Under the pieces are notes generated by a model. The model had not been told where the DNA came from, searched no databases, and saw only the letters and a list, made by a program, of their open reading frames with translations. The translations under genes were made by a program, and so were the position numbers. DNA of 63,948 nucleotides, counting the filler, from Octopus bimaculoides (Eukaryota): the NCBI RefSeq assembly GCF_001194135.2. It is 5 parts of 5 records of this genome, joined end to end, with 100 filler letters (N's around TTAATTAATTAA, not from the genome) between each part and the next. Parts side by side here need not be neighbours in the genome. Positions count along the whole stretch, not along the records: positions 1 to 12,793 come from NC_068997.1; 4 more parts are not named here. One strand, 5' to 3'. Of the stretch, positions 1-12,571 are shown piece after piece (position 1 is the first letter of the stretch; each line of letters begins with the position of its first letter).

Positions 1-400
1 ATGAAGAGCGCGATGGAAACGAGGCACCTAGCTTGTGAAGATCTCGACGTGTAAGGCGCCCGCCCGGTTGGATGGCGGACTTCGAATTGGAGTAGGGTTG
101 AACGTGATCTTTAAGATCAGGGTGGCGTGTGGTATGACGTCAGTGACTGGGGAGCTGACCGGAAGGGCGAGTTGACCGGAAGAGGAAGAATGGCAGAGGG
201 AGCCTCAATCGGGATTCGTGCCTTTTTCGAACGGGGTCGTGGTCAGGAGAGGACGTGCTAAGCGATGGTCTAGGTTTGGGAGAAGCAGCTGCTATTCCTA
301 GTGTTCTTCAGGTCGGGGAAAGCTTCGAGGATCGGATACCGCAAGACAAACCTGCAGTCGACGAAAGGAAAACCGAGGTAAGGCGATTACATCTACTCGC
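1..400. other. GC/CpG-rich segment of unknown origin (TE fragment or promoter-like)
   Basis: Much higher GC than flanks; TGACGTCA at 135-142, two GACCGGAAG motifs, GAG|GTAAGG donor-like site near 377; no recognisable protein in any frame. Confidence 0.25.
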
Positions 401-498
401 ACGCATACACCACACATACTATTCAGCAGAAATTTAAATTCAAAACGTTTGTCTAGATTTTCATCCCAAATGATAAAGCAGTAATCCATTTCTCTCTT

Positions 499-633
499 AT
501 CATCATCGTCGTTTAACGTCCGCTTTCCATGCTAGCATGGGTTGGACGATTTGACTGAGGACTGGTGAAACCGGATGGCAACACCAGGCTCCAATCTAAT
601 TTGGCAGAGTTTCTACAGCTGGATGCCCTTCCT
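499..633 (-). mobile_element. RTE 3'-tail / SINE family C fragment
   Basis: catcatcgtcgtttaacgtccgctttccatgctagcatgggttggacg...ggatgcccttcct; near-identical to 48598-48735 and similar to 55873-56010. Confidence 0.85.
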
Positions 634-682
634 GGTAAAATAAGTATCTATATTTTTATGTGGATGCTTGATATACAGTTAA

Positions 683-3152
683 CTAGCAGAAGCACCCGGC
701 GTTGTTCGGATTGAAATGCCACAATGTTTTTGATAATTAGTAAATTTCCCATGTCATAAATATAATAAATAATGTTAACGCCATATTGTAACAAGATTGT
801 TCACCTATTGTAACAAAATTATAACAAAACTGATGGAAATTGTAAACAAATTGATTACTGGATAATGCTGAAGCCAAGCATTAACAGTTTCATACGAAGT
901 CCTGAGAAGGGCTTTAATGCGTTCTCAGATGGTGTAACAATCACAGCTGAAATAGCCCTGAAACAAGGATTTTGTCATTCTCACAGCAGTAACAATTTGA
1001 TAAGATGCCCTGAAAACGGCTGTAATGTGTTCTCAGGTGGTGTAACAAACATATGTGAAGTGACCCTGTAAAATGCCTTGTTTCGTTTTGACTGAAAGCA
1101 GCGTAACTTGCTGTGAAATGTAAAACTGTGAAAACAGATGACAAACCTAGGTTGGACAAGAGAAAAGAAACATAGTTGAGGTAAGTTAGTAACTTTGAAA
1201 GCATGACTACATTAGCACACAGTTACCACATATCAGGTCTGCAATGTTACACTGGTGTAGTGGAGGCACCGAGGTTTACGAATTTGAAAGCAGTTGGTGC
1301 ATGAAGTGCCTATAACACCTCTCTGTAGACTCATTTTTCGTTTTGCAATTAGGGGCATGTGCGAATAGATCTTGTTTTCTTCCAACTCTGGAGCATCCGA
1401 CATATAACTGGCCATGTGAGAAACATGGCTCGCCCTCCTTCTTTTGGCAGCCGAAACAGACTCTGTTTTACGACCAAGGCACGTTCTTTTCTTAGGTGGC
1501 ATGGCGGTAATATTGAACTATGTTTAAATTGCAAGTTTTAAAAAAATGACCAAAATGGGACACTGAAAAACGAATTTGGCACGATGTATAAAAAGTGAAC
1601 CTAGTAAACGTAATATTCAAAAAAGATTGAAACAAGGACAGACAGTTAGCTATGTGGACACAAAGACACTTAATACAATATTTTTTAACATGTAAGCTAA
1701 AAACTGATAGACGGCAACAGTAAGACAGAGTTAACTTAATTGAGTATGGGGAAAATGAAAAATTTCAGCAGGAACTATGAAGTTAAAGCAAATAATAGGC
1801 CTAACCTGTAAATCTAAGTACATATCAGATATGCACAAAAGTACATAAAAAATTACGATTTGACACTGGCATGATCAAGTGAACAGTATTCGACCAATGA
1901 AAATCAGTCAAAGAATTAATTGGACGGGATCATTCCAGTAGACAATCAATAGTGCTCATGCGAATAGGTCAAAGGTCAGTCTCACAGTTCACTCCTTTTT
2001 GGCAGACCATTGGCTTGATGCCATTAAAGTAAATGGTTGTGAAAAGGGGGAATTATGATCGTCGGCGATAATGGAGAGCAAGGGGAAGTGAGTAAACACT
2101 GAGCAATGAGGAGGTATTAAAAGCAGTCATTCACACCAAATAAGAGGCTGAAGTGGGTGGAGGGGGCATCATGGTCATAGGGGATAATAGGGCGGTTAAG
2201 TAAACGCTAATGTACACAGATCAAAAAAGGGGGTGCGCATTAATAGTGTTCACATGTCAAAGTTCATGCTCACAATTCACTCTGTGTTATCACACCATCA
2301 GCGGAGGGTAATTAAAGAAAATTTGTGCTAAAGTGTGTGTGTGTGAGGGGAGGCATCATGACCGTAGGTGATAATAGGGGAAGGGGTAAGTAAACACTAA
2401 TGTACACAGATCAAATCATTGAGGTAAAACTGCTCCACAATCCTTGGCGTGTGAGTAAATGGCAGAAGTTTTTTTTTTTTTTTAAGTTTAATCCAGTAAA
2501 TTGTGAATTAAGTGCGAATAAACTTGGCAAAAGATTAGTTTAAAACAGTCAATTAAGCATGGGTAATATTCTTGTTAAATTTGCAGCGAATAGGTTCTGG
2601 AACTGCGGAAGTTATTGGCAAAACACGAATTCTACACAGTTATTTGCAAACTTTTCCCATTCAACGCGGATTGATTTGACAAAACATTAGTTTAAACCAA
2701 ATTTTAATTCTTGAGTAATGTTTGTGCCAAATTTGGAGTGAATCGGTTGGAAACTGCGGAATATATTGACAAAGAACCGATTTTATGCAGTTATTCGTGG
2801 GTTTTTCACAATTATAGAAGATGACATTGAAAAATTTTTAAGCAAAAAATTCTTGTCATAAGTAATGTTTATGTCAAAGTTGGATGAAATCACTCGAAAA
2901 CCAGGGAGTTATGGGTAAAAAGCTGGTATTTTGAACAGTTATTCGCGTTTTTTTTATTAAACGCGGTGGGGTCTTGAAAATATAAAGTAGGTCATGACCA
3001 CTCTTGGAGCATGAGCTATCAGTGTGTCAAGTTTGAGCGAAATCAGTTGAAAAATGTGGAAATGCATAAAGAACACACACACACACGCGCACGCACACAC
3101 ACACACGCACACGCACACACACACACACACACATCTGTTTTATACATATAGA
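683..3152 (-). mobile_element. Internally deleted Helitron
   Basis: Minus strand starts A|TCTATATGTATAAAA (3152) and ends with GC-rich hairpin-like CCGAACAACGCCGGG plus CTAG|T (683); inserted between A and T with no TSD; Rep N-terminal remnant MPPKKRTCLGRKT (1502) and KNEST..C segment; internal ~60 bp and ~130 bp degenerate tandem units. Confidence 0.85.
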
Positions 3153-4859
3153 TTCTAAATATCCCATTATAACGTTTGAAAGAACTAGGGCTGCTATTAA
3201 TTCCATAGTTTTTCAAAGTTTTGTCAGTAGTAAGTAGTATCAAGAGTTAATTATCCTGGAAGATGAATTTTATAACTTCCATAATAAACTCCTTGTTCAC
3301 ACCCTCTAGAAGTTCTTCTGGGTAGTTCTCCAGTTAGAATTTAATTGTTTCTATTCCATAGTTGCATGGGATATTCGTGTACATGTTCATGACATCGAAA
3401 CAGATCATAACTGTCTCTTCGTTGATTGTTTTTGGTAAGTAGTTTACCACATCCAGATCATCTCTAACGAAGCTTTGATATATTTGAAAAGGAGGTTTCA
3501 ATAGGATGTCAAGAAAATAACTTAAGAGATGGGTCTCACACGCTGTGCCAGCTCGGATGAGCCTTAGTTTGAATATCCTAGTGTTTGGACAATAAAGTAT
3601 ATATCTAGTGATTGTTTGCCAGCTTCATTCATAATCTGGCTCTTGTGTAATTTAGGGAAACCATAGAAAAGACTAGGTTTACATTTAAAATTGTGATACA
3701 ATCGATTACTTTCGTAGTAAGTACCGTTTTCTAGCATAGACAGTACTAGGTTATTGTGTTATACTGTGTCCATCAGAACTACATCACTTCTTTTATCAGA
3801 TTCTTTATTAGTCAATCGTTCTCTATTTGTAGTTCAATTAAATTATTTCATCCAATATTGCTGTGATTTCAGTCGATTCTCTTGCTTGTGTAAAGCATTT
3901 TTCTGGAAAATCAAAATATGGTCACAAAAGTCATCGAGTGTTTTATTCCTCAGTTCAGGTGCAAAATAATTGCTTTTGTTTTTGACCAGTTATATATTGA
4001 TGATGTTATAATCAATTAGTGCTTCAGTGAGTCGCAATTTGCTGCAAAATTCGCTAATGCCATCTTTGATTCCTTCTGATTAGATTTGTGTGTGGTGAGG
4101 ATAAATTTTAGTCCTTTTGCCAGTATGTTGATTTTTATTGTTGAGCAAGTTTTGCTTGATAAGGTTATTAACTTAGCTGGAGGAAAATTAGAATTCCTAA
4201 CTGGAATATATGTATGTATGTATGCATGCCTGTGTGGGTAAAATCAGGACTTTGTACCACACAGTAATTGACACAGGACCATGATAACAGGTATCATGCA
4301 GTTGTTGACGAGAGGCGCCTACCTCTGTAAAGCTGGCTTCTGGGTCCTTCACCTAATTTCTTTAATCTTTAATACACTCCCTAACAGCCATCCCCTATCT
4401 AACACCAGTTCTTCCTTGTTACCACTTTTCTTTCAACCCCGAATCATTAGTTAGCCATTATTCATCCTGTAATATTGTTCTTTCAACCCACACCTTCATT
4501 CATAACCCATCCTTTCACCCCACTGTGCCTCCAACTGATCTCACATCGTCCCCATTATACTTCTCACCCACCTCTTTCTTTTACCAATTCACTCCTCCAA
4601 CTTACACAGCAGCTTATTATCTCTCTTTCTCCTCTTTTTTTTATACAGTATATTCACTTCTTTTCTGTGGCTCTTCATAATGACATGTCCCCTACTACCC
4701 ACTCATTCCTACAGACCTCATATCCTTATTTTCAACCCTGACACCTCATCGACCCTATTTTTCATCATTTCCCTACTCCACATGATCCACTCCCACCTTC
4801 TCTCCTTTACAGCAACAGATATGTTCTATTTTTCTCTCATAATTTTCCAATTTTACTGT

Positions 4860-5120
4860 TCATTCTTCAAATATAATTTTGTCCCACCTCGGGATTCACA
4901 GTTTTGCAAGCAGCAAGGTGACCTCATTTGTGTTGGTGACATGATAAAAGCAACAAATACACGTGATGAATGGATATTTTGAAGGAGACATTGTCTATAT
5001 GGTAAAATGCTAAGTATTAAAAAGGGGCATCTAACTGTTGGAAAGATGTAAATGTAGATACTGGTGTACGATGCCAGCATGGAACATGAATTTTGGATGG
5101 TGATGATAATAGGTGTCAAT
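4860..5120 (+). pseudogene. Degenerate coding-like remnant, family not identified
   Basis: YNFVPPRDSQFCKQQGDLICVGDMIKATNTRDEWIF*RRHCLYGKMLSIKKGHL../..VRCQHGT reads like a decayed protein domain with a stop and frameshift. Confidence 0.3.
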
Positions 5121-5130
5121 ATGTATATAT

Positions 5131-7852
5131 TCTAACAGGAGTACCCGGCATTGCTCGAGTATTAAATACTAGGCAATGGTCATAACAGGTTCTACCATTT
5201 GTTTTTGTTGTACATCTCTTTGAATATTTTTTGCATTAAGTTGCAAACATTGACATTGAGAGGAAGAAGTGATTTCTCCCATAAACCATAAATAAAGTAG
5301 TAACAACAGGGTGAAAAGCCCTGGAGAAGCTACAAGTGTATTTCAGGAGGTGCAACAATTGGATGTAAAGTAGCCCTGAAAAAGGCCGTGTTATCGTTTT
5401 CACAATAGCCCTGAAAAGGATTGTTAACCATTCACAGGTATAAAACGTCCTTTTTCGTTCACATGAAAAGCAGTGGATGCAGTGATGCCAAAACTCAAGC
5501 CATCTGCATGGAGATTGAGAAACTGTAGCGGACAAAATAAAAATAAAAAGACTTAAGAAAAATGAGTAATTTTGAAAGAATGACAACAATAGTACTCACT
5601 CACCATAAACCTGTTCGGTGGGGAACCTGCGGAATGTTGGGTGGCCTACAGTACCTCGCGGAGGATGACATTTTTCGTTTTGGCATTCAGGGTGAACACG
5701 AAAAGGTAATTTTTCACATCCGACTCTTGAGCATCAGACGTGTAATTGACCGTGCGAGAAGCATGGTTAGCCTAAATGGAGACCTGTTGTTGTTAGTGTT
5801 TGGCCTTGGGACTTGTTGATGGACATGGCAAAGTAAAGTCGAAGAGGGAACTGAAGTCGACGCAAGGAACAGGGGAATTGCTTATCTGATGGAGTAAGAG
5901 GTATCCTAGGTATAAAGACGTTGTCTCTGATGACACAACCCATAAGAATTGTTGCTTCAATAACGTGAGGCAGAGCATTTTTTACCACAGACCGTATTCC
6001 GTTGCAGCATGACCGGAGCTCCAATTTCAAGGTGCAGTTGATGAGGCGGTAGTCCGGAGAGGTCCTAGGAATTGAGGAATTCTGTGGGAAAATTAACGGC
6101 CTCTACTTGGTCCATAACATTGTCCACAGACTTGTAGGTGTGAAGGTTTCTAGAAAGGCTTCGTAGTAGGTTTTCATTGAGTTTCGTAAGAAATGTGATT
6201 TTGGGAGCTAATATGGCTCTTTAGCACAGCCAATTCAGGTTTTGGTAGTTTATGTGCAGATAGGGAAAAATACCAGTCGTAAGGTCATCCACAGTGTCCA
6301 CAGGTGTGTCTACGTGTAAGACAGCCATCTCTCAAGCTGCATCGGAGGAAGCTGTATCATCACCACCAGTGAGAAGTTGCTTGGAGAAGTCGCCCAATAA
6401 GATTTTGCCGAAAAGCTGGGCCCTTGTGTTTGTTGTACGAGTCAAAATTGTCACGTCCTGTCACAGGGAAGATAACTTAATGAAGCCATTACAGCGTCGG
6501 CTCAGGTGCCTTTTAGAATTATGGGTAGGGTTTGTCTGAAATCACAAGACTGTTTCCTGAATAACGCATATTGGTAGTGTGTGTGAGCCCGTTCTGCTGA
6601 CTTTCGGTAGACCATAAAATTGAAGGTCGTTACCGCCGGCAGTAAGTAGGCAGTCCTCATTGTCGATGAGTGCTCTGTTGAAGAATTCATTGTTGAAACC
6701 AACTTTCAAGTGAGCAACAGAATTTGTTCTTGGTGGTGTTAGTCCTCTGAGAGGTCTTCCTTGTATTTCTCCCATAAGGTTACAGGATTACTGAGTTTGC
6801 ATGTTTGCAATAACACTGCAAAGAGTTTTCGAAGACTCCTCGCCGAGCGTATTGTAGCTGCTTCTGCCATTGTTGCGTCCCACTGAGCGCCGTCTTCTAG
6901 CAGGTTGCTTTTACGGCAGGCTTCGCAGTATGTAGTAAAAACTTCACCTTTAAAGTTTTTCAGGTCGTCAAAAGATGTCGGTCCAGTGGCCTCATGCAGC
7001 AGTAGGCGAAAGTAAAATAATTCTTGTTGGTTAAGGTGAACTGTATAAACTCTTCCAAGGGTGAGGTAAGATTTTAAGTTTGCCTGTCCCTCGATGGGTT
7101 GTCTTTGTTTCCTTGATTCCCAAATGTGTGTTTTCTTTTTCCAAATGTAATATAATGGAACCTGGGGATACAGGAGTGTCTTTGCAAAGGGGTCATTGGT
7201 GCATAGTTAGAAGAAGGTGGTGAGCACGGTGTCCAAGGGTTCTTGTGCCAGCTGGAGAAGTAAACTTCCTGACCGTTCTCAAGATGCAAAACTTGAAAAA
7301 AAAATTGATTTTTTTCAGTTTTACGTGCTTTTTTTTTGTCGCACAAGGATGCCTTTGGACATAGAACAGATACTTGATAGAACCGCTATTACATGTGGCT
7401 TTTTGGCTGTAAAACCAAGGAAATCACACTTTCCAGGAATAAGTTTTCTACTGTGTAACTTAGCAAAATTGCGAAAAATCGATTATTTTCAAAATTTTTC
7501 GCAATTTTCTTGGGAATCAGGGGCCCCAGGCAGTGCCAAAATATCTGTCTGAAATGTCACATGTCGGTCCTTTTGACACCAAAATTATAAAAATGGGACG
7601 TTCCTGTAAAAACTTCTCACGTGCAATTTTGGCCATTTTTTGCAAAAAAGTGTGTGTGGGAGGGTCCCTTCAGTTTTATCGATTTTTCTCCTAGAAAAGT
7701 GTATCTCTAGGCATCAGTAATGCGGCAGTGACCTGCCTGGGTAAATTTGCCATTTAATAAAAAAAAAAAATTCATCAAAATTGGATGAAAAATGTGAAAA
7801 TGCAAAAAAGTATACACACACACACACACATTTGAGTTATATATGTGTGTAG
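5131..7852 (-). mobile_element. Decayed autonomous-type Helitron with Rep/Pif1-helicase remnant (~5650-7250)
   Basis: Translation includes NDPFAKTLLY, RVYTVHLNQQELFYFRLLLH..GPTSFDDLKT, FIPRIPLTPSDKQFPCSLRRLQFPLRLYFAMSINKSQGQTL and PCFSHGQL. The 3' end region (ctaacaggagtacccggcattgctcg; gccctgaaaa units) matches the 683-1200 end; degenerate 5' end near 7850. Confidence 0.9.
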
Positions 7853-8055
7853 GTGCATGTGTATATATATATGTATGTATATATGTATATAGATATATGT
7901 ATGTATGTATATATGTATATAGATATATGTATGTATGTATATATGTATATATATATTTGTACCTGTATATATGCGTGTGTGTGTGTGTGTGTATATATAC
8001 GCACACATATATATAGAGATATATGTGTGTGTGTGTATGTACGTATATGTACATA
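7815..8055. repeat. Compound (CA)/(TA)/(TATG) microsatellite
   Basis: Directly visible. Confidence 0.9.
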
Positions 8056-8382
8056 TTTCTATTTTACATGAGATATAAGCATACCTTGATCCTCTAAAGA
8101 CTGATTTCTCAATGTAAGGCCACATGTACCTCTATCACATTTTATTAATTTTAAGATCCCAAATTAGATGGTTAATGTTGGTGTATTTGCTAGCATGGCT
8201 ATACAATTTACAGAAAAGTCAGTGTTCAATTCCTATGGATTGTCATAAAACTTTTTCTCTGTCTTCTTGTTTATAAGATGTATAATACCATAACTTTGTA
8301 TTGAATGAAATGTGTTATTCATTGACAAGCTTTTTCTGGTTTGTTTAATCCAAGTTAAGGTTCCTTATTTGGACAATTGAAG

Positions 8383-8427
8383 TTATAATTTTGCCTTCCT
8401 GTTGTGGTTAGCAGACATGTTCAATTC
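8383..8427 (-). CDS. Candidate terminal exon of unidentified host gene (ELNMSANHNRKAKL*)
   Basis: Acceptor tcacctacag|GAA; phase 0, compatible with exon 9349-9397; AATAAA at 8141-8146 on minus strand downstream. Confidence 0.5.
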   Translation of the reverse strand, partial: ELNMSANHNRKAKL

Positions 8428-8867
8428 CTGTAGGTGATGTTGCAACTGTTTTCCTCTTCTATATATATACACAAAATATCTCTCTAGAATATGTGTAAAT
8501 TGAAGATTTTCTTGCCACACCTTGCTAAGATACACCTATATTTGCTCTATTAATTTATGGTTTTATAAGGAATGTAATGTAACTAAATCAAGACATGTTA
8601 ATATTTTACAGCTTTAATCAGTTGTGCAGGGAAATTAAGAAATGGCATACGACTCTACGAATATGAAAAGTACTAGTTAGGTTGTACCAATATTAAAAGT
8701 TTTCTACTTCTAATCATATGAAAACTAGCAGCTTACTCAACAAATATGAAAAAATGTTAGCCTGGTCTACCAGTATGATATATAGTTGCTCGTTCTTCTA
8801 ATATTAAACAGTATTCAGACATACTAAAATGAAATCTTATACACTGACATCTCGTCTACTATATTCA

Positions 8868-9045
8868 AAAGGTTTGAATTTTGTGGGGAGGGGGATAGTT
8901 GATCAAATCTACTCCAGTACTCAACTGGTACTTAACCTATTGACTCCGAAAGGATGAAAGGCAAAGTTGACCTCGGAGGAATTTGAACTCAGAATGTAGC
9001 AGCAGACGAAATACCACTAAGCATTTCGCCCAGCTTGCTAACAAA
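8868..9045 (-). mobile_element. tRNA-derived SINE family B
   Basis: cgaccccgaaaggatgaaaggcaaagttgacctcggcggaatttgaactcagaac consensus shared with about 10 copies in the window; B-box GAGTTCAAATTCC on minus strand. Confidence 0.85.
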
Positions 9046-9348
9046 CACTGACAATATTAGAAAAAAATAGACGCCTATTGTGCTGGATCTACAATGAGAG
9101 ATAGAGTAAACAGTAATACCGAGTGGAAGAATAGTAAATAGCTACACAAGTCTGAAGAACAATAGCTTGGTCTACCAGCATGAAAAATAACATGTACCAA
9201 TGTGAGAAAATATCTGAAAATATTCATAAACAGGATATACAGCATCCCTTTTATACAACCATTGATGAAATTCTCAACAACACATTTATCCCAATTTATG
9301 AAGACAGGACAAAAAGAAAATATCATTTAAAAATTAAAGAAGACTTAC

Positions 9349-9397
9349 CATTGGTCTTGACATGGAAAAATCGGCATCATCATCATCACTGAAAGCT
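9349..9397 (-). CDS. Candidate internal exon (xAFSDDDDADFSMSRPM)
   Basis: cctatttacag|AGCTTTC...CCAATG|gtaagt; strong donor; 49 nt with a 16-codon open frame, ends in phase 0. Confidence 0.55.
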
Positions 9398-10119
9398 CTG
9401 TAAATAGGATTAAAGTCTAATGATTCAGTCTTTTCACTGAAAGTAAGGAATAGAAGAAACATTGTGTTTTTGCATGAAATGGACTCAAGAAAATGGGAAA
9501 GGAAGTAAAATTTAAGGAATTGTTGGCAGGTGAATAGTTTTACATAGAGAGAGTGATTGGGTCAGAGAAGAAGGGTGAGGTGTGTAGGAGTGGCAGAAAA
9601 GATGGAGAAACTATTTGTGACAGAAGCAAGTAACACAGGACAGGAGAGGAATCATATCTTAAAAAATACATTCATTCACAGATAAATATATATTTACAAC
9701 ACTTCCAATATAACATCAGTCACAGTATAACAACAATCCCAAAATAACATCAGTTATTAAATAAATATATCAAAACACATCCATATATATTTAGTGTTTC
9801 TGTGAAATTATGTTCGATGAGAGATCGGTCATTTAGGATAAGAATCAAACTGACCAGTTTCATTGTTACCTTGCAATTCACCAAGATCCACAGAATCTAT
9901 ATGGCTATTATTGCTTATATTTATTTCTTCATAATACAGTCATCAATGCTTCAAATATCAGCCGTTATTTTCAGAAGAAAGAAATTAAGGAAAATACCAT
10001 GAGATTTTTCAGGCCATTATTGTAAAGACATAGGAAGCGGGTAGATGATATAAATGGTATATGGTATAGATGGGTAGACGGTATATAGAAAGTGGAGAAT
10101 TATTATTGTTGTTGTTGCT

Positions 10120-11520
10120 GCTGTTCGCCCAGGTCAGCTCATCTGCCTTGTTGCAGAGCCAGGAATCGTTCGTCTCTCTGAGGTTTACGTGCATCTTGCT
10201 TTTTGTAGTGTTTTAAGCTGCTTTCTTGGAGGCCAATGTGCTGTCTTGGTGAGCGACTCTGTACGCTTCACGCTTCTCATTAAGTAGCTTCTGAATTACC
10301 ACATTTTTGTTGTCAGAGCAGTTTTAGTGTTTATGCGAGTTCTGACATAGATGAGTGATCCAGGACTGTATAATACGTCTTCGAACGCCACCCAGTCTTC
10401 TTCCGTCCACTCATTTCCAATGTTGAGTTGGCTCAACTTACTGTCCACGTGGTCCCAGCTGACATTCAGTTTCACATTGTGTCATTTCAATTTGCTGACA
10501 CTCAGTCGCTTGTTTGCCTGCTTCACTTGGATGTGCTGGATGTGGGCTGGGTGCGCATGTCCTGTTTTGCAAAGATGAATCTGTGATCTGACCAGCATTC
10601 TGTACCACATATGGCCTTTGTAGCCCTAACATCCCATCTACCCCACCTCCTGACTATGTCATATTCAATTAGATGCCAAGGTTTGTTGCATGGATGCACT
10701 CTGGTCGTTTTGCGGTTGGGCAGTCAAATCATTGTTGGTGATCACTCGACCATATGCTGCGCAGTTCTCCGGCAGCAGATGACAGTTGCTGCGGATATTG
10801 CCAACTCCGCTTTTCCCACTATCTCGATCCCTTATCTAGTACCCCGTAGCAACTCTGGCACTGAAGTTGCTGAAAAAGACGAGCTTGTCCTTCTTAGACA
10901 CAATTACTATGTAAGCTTCCAAGTCTTCATAAATCTTATCATTAAAATTCTCAGAGCTAGTCATGGTGGGGCTGTAAGCACTGTGATAGTGCTTTCTTCC
11001 GATCTGAAGCTGCAGAGGCATCAGTCCTTTGGGGATGCTGGTTAGCTTGCTGATAAGACTAGATCTGGTGGTAAAATCCACCCCTCCTTCACATTGTTCA
11101 TCGCAACTAAGGCCAATCTAGAAGAGGGTTAACCGATTTGCTCTCAGTCAGCTGACCTTTGTTTACAAGTCTGGTCTCACACGAGCTGCAATGTGTATGT
11201 TGCACCTGCCGAATTTCCTAACAAGAGCTACTGACTCTCGGGGTTGTTGTTTTGGAGCTGTCCATGAGAGCTCACTAATTCCATGAGCGAATAGCGAATG
11301 ATGTCAATGATGTCTTCATCTTGGTGTTTCAACCGCATTGCTTGAATCGCCACCTTCAGTGGTATACAGACCAGGATAAGTTGAAGCAAGCAATGTTTAT
11401 GGCACCTTTGCCAGCCCCCTCTTTTGGCATAGAGGTGACCAGCGCTCTCTTGGGGCTGCTCAGACATCCACACATCTGCCAAATTTCACTGCTGCTTTGG
11501 TCAGTGGAACATGAACCCTG
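10120..11520 (-). mobile_element. Decayed RTE-clade LINE, 5' part (APE endonuclease)
   Basis: IPKGLMPLQLQIGRKHYHSAYSPTMTSSENFNDKIYEDLE..KKDKLVFFSNFSARVATG matches RTE APE (ISAYAPT..KFYEDL..GDFNARVG); downstream LRETNDSWLCNKADEL. Confidence 0.85.
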
Positions 11521-11902
11521 CCCTGGGACACCTGTCTTTAAGTTTGTAACTACGGCACCCAGTGCTGAATCTTACACTTACCCTCTCACACATATCCATT
11601 GTATACTGATACAATGATTCTCTTTACTCTTTTCTAATCTCGTTTTCACCTGAGTGCCACATAGACTTCAACAACCCATTTCCACTCTCCGCTATTAGAA
11701 ATCACATACCAATTACCACTTCCTGTATCCATTACTATGATGACCATCTGAAATATGATAAAGACAATCCCTTTCTCCTTCCCTTAATTTTTTTCTTTTT
11801 CTTTATTAAAAGAATATATCTTTTGCTTCAGTCTTTGTTGTCTTTTCCTTTTCCACTTGGCTCAATTCACTGCTTTGTTTTATATCTATATTTCTTTTTA
11901 AT

Positions 11903-11998
11903 TATTTCTGCCGAGGAACCAGGATTTCTCATGATTTCTACCGAGGAACCAGGATTTCTCAAAGACCAGTATTTCTCAAAGACCAAGATTTCTCATGA
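11903..11998. repeat. Compound minisatellite: 30-bp unit x2 followed by 17-bp unit x2
   Basis: ccgaggaaccaggatttctc twice, then aaagacca(g/a)(t/g)atttctc twice. Confidence 0.8.
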
Positions 11999-12171
11999 AT
12001 TCAGTTTCATTCTTTAATTGCTGCTTGCTCTCAGCGTCTTGAGAAGAAGAAACTGGAATCTGTAGAATTCTTAAGTAACAATAAAACTGGTCGTTTTGAT
12101 CTTTGTCCCAAACTGCCAAAAAATCATGGTTTTGTGTAATTGTTTGAGATTTCTTCATATTTAACATTATT

Positions 12172-12383
12172 TTCTACTCTAGACACAACGTCCGAAATTT
12201 GGGGGGAGGGGGCCAGTCGATGGGATCGAACCCAGTACGCAACTGGTACTTAATGTATCGACCCCAAAAGTATGAAAGACAAAGTCGACGTCAGCGAAAT
12301 TTGAACTCAGAATGTAAAGACAGACGAAATACCAGTAAGCATTTCGCTTTGCATGTTAACATTACTGCCAGCTCGCCGCCTTC
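12172..12383 (-). mobile_element. SINE family B
   Basis: Same consensus; 5' end aaggcggcgagctggcag on minus strand. Confidence 0.85.
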
Positions 12384-12571
12384 CTCAAATTCAATATCAT
12401 ATAACAACATATGTATGTTGTGGTGGTTATCATTCATCTTCCACAATGTGGACATTTCAGTTTCAACACACAAACTTTGGTCAAATCCCTTGTTACAAAA
12501 GTCGAATCCCAAAATTAGTGAATACATTCTCCCTACCCACATCTTTATCTATCTATCTATCTATCTATCTA

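Larger units (their letters stand above)
415..4172 (-). pseudogene. Decayed Penelope-like element RT (PLE-1), split by a Helitron (683-3152) and an RTE-tail repeat (499-633)
   Basis: Minus-strand frameshifted translation gives INILAKGLKF..EFCSKLRLTE, LIKESDKRSDVVLMDT, FYGFPKLHKS, LRLIRAGTACETHLLSYFLDILLKP..FVRDDLD..CFDVMNMYTNIP, VIMGYLE|LTVYQAS and DYCFIIWDENLDK..FLLNS. These match PLE RT motifs KGLKF.P, IKPADKG, FYGLPKIHK, FDV.SLYTNIP and YLDDCF.IW. Confidence 0.85.

Noticed and set aside
9870-9896. Minus-strand mini-exon DSVDLGELQ
   Set aside because: Phase-incompatible with exon 9349-9397 unless an unusual second AG is used.
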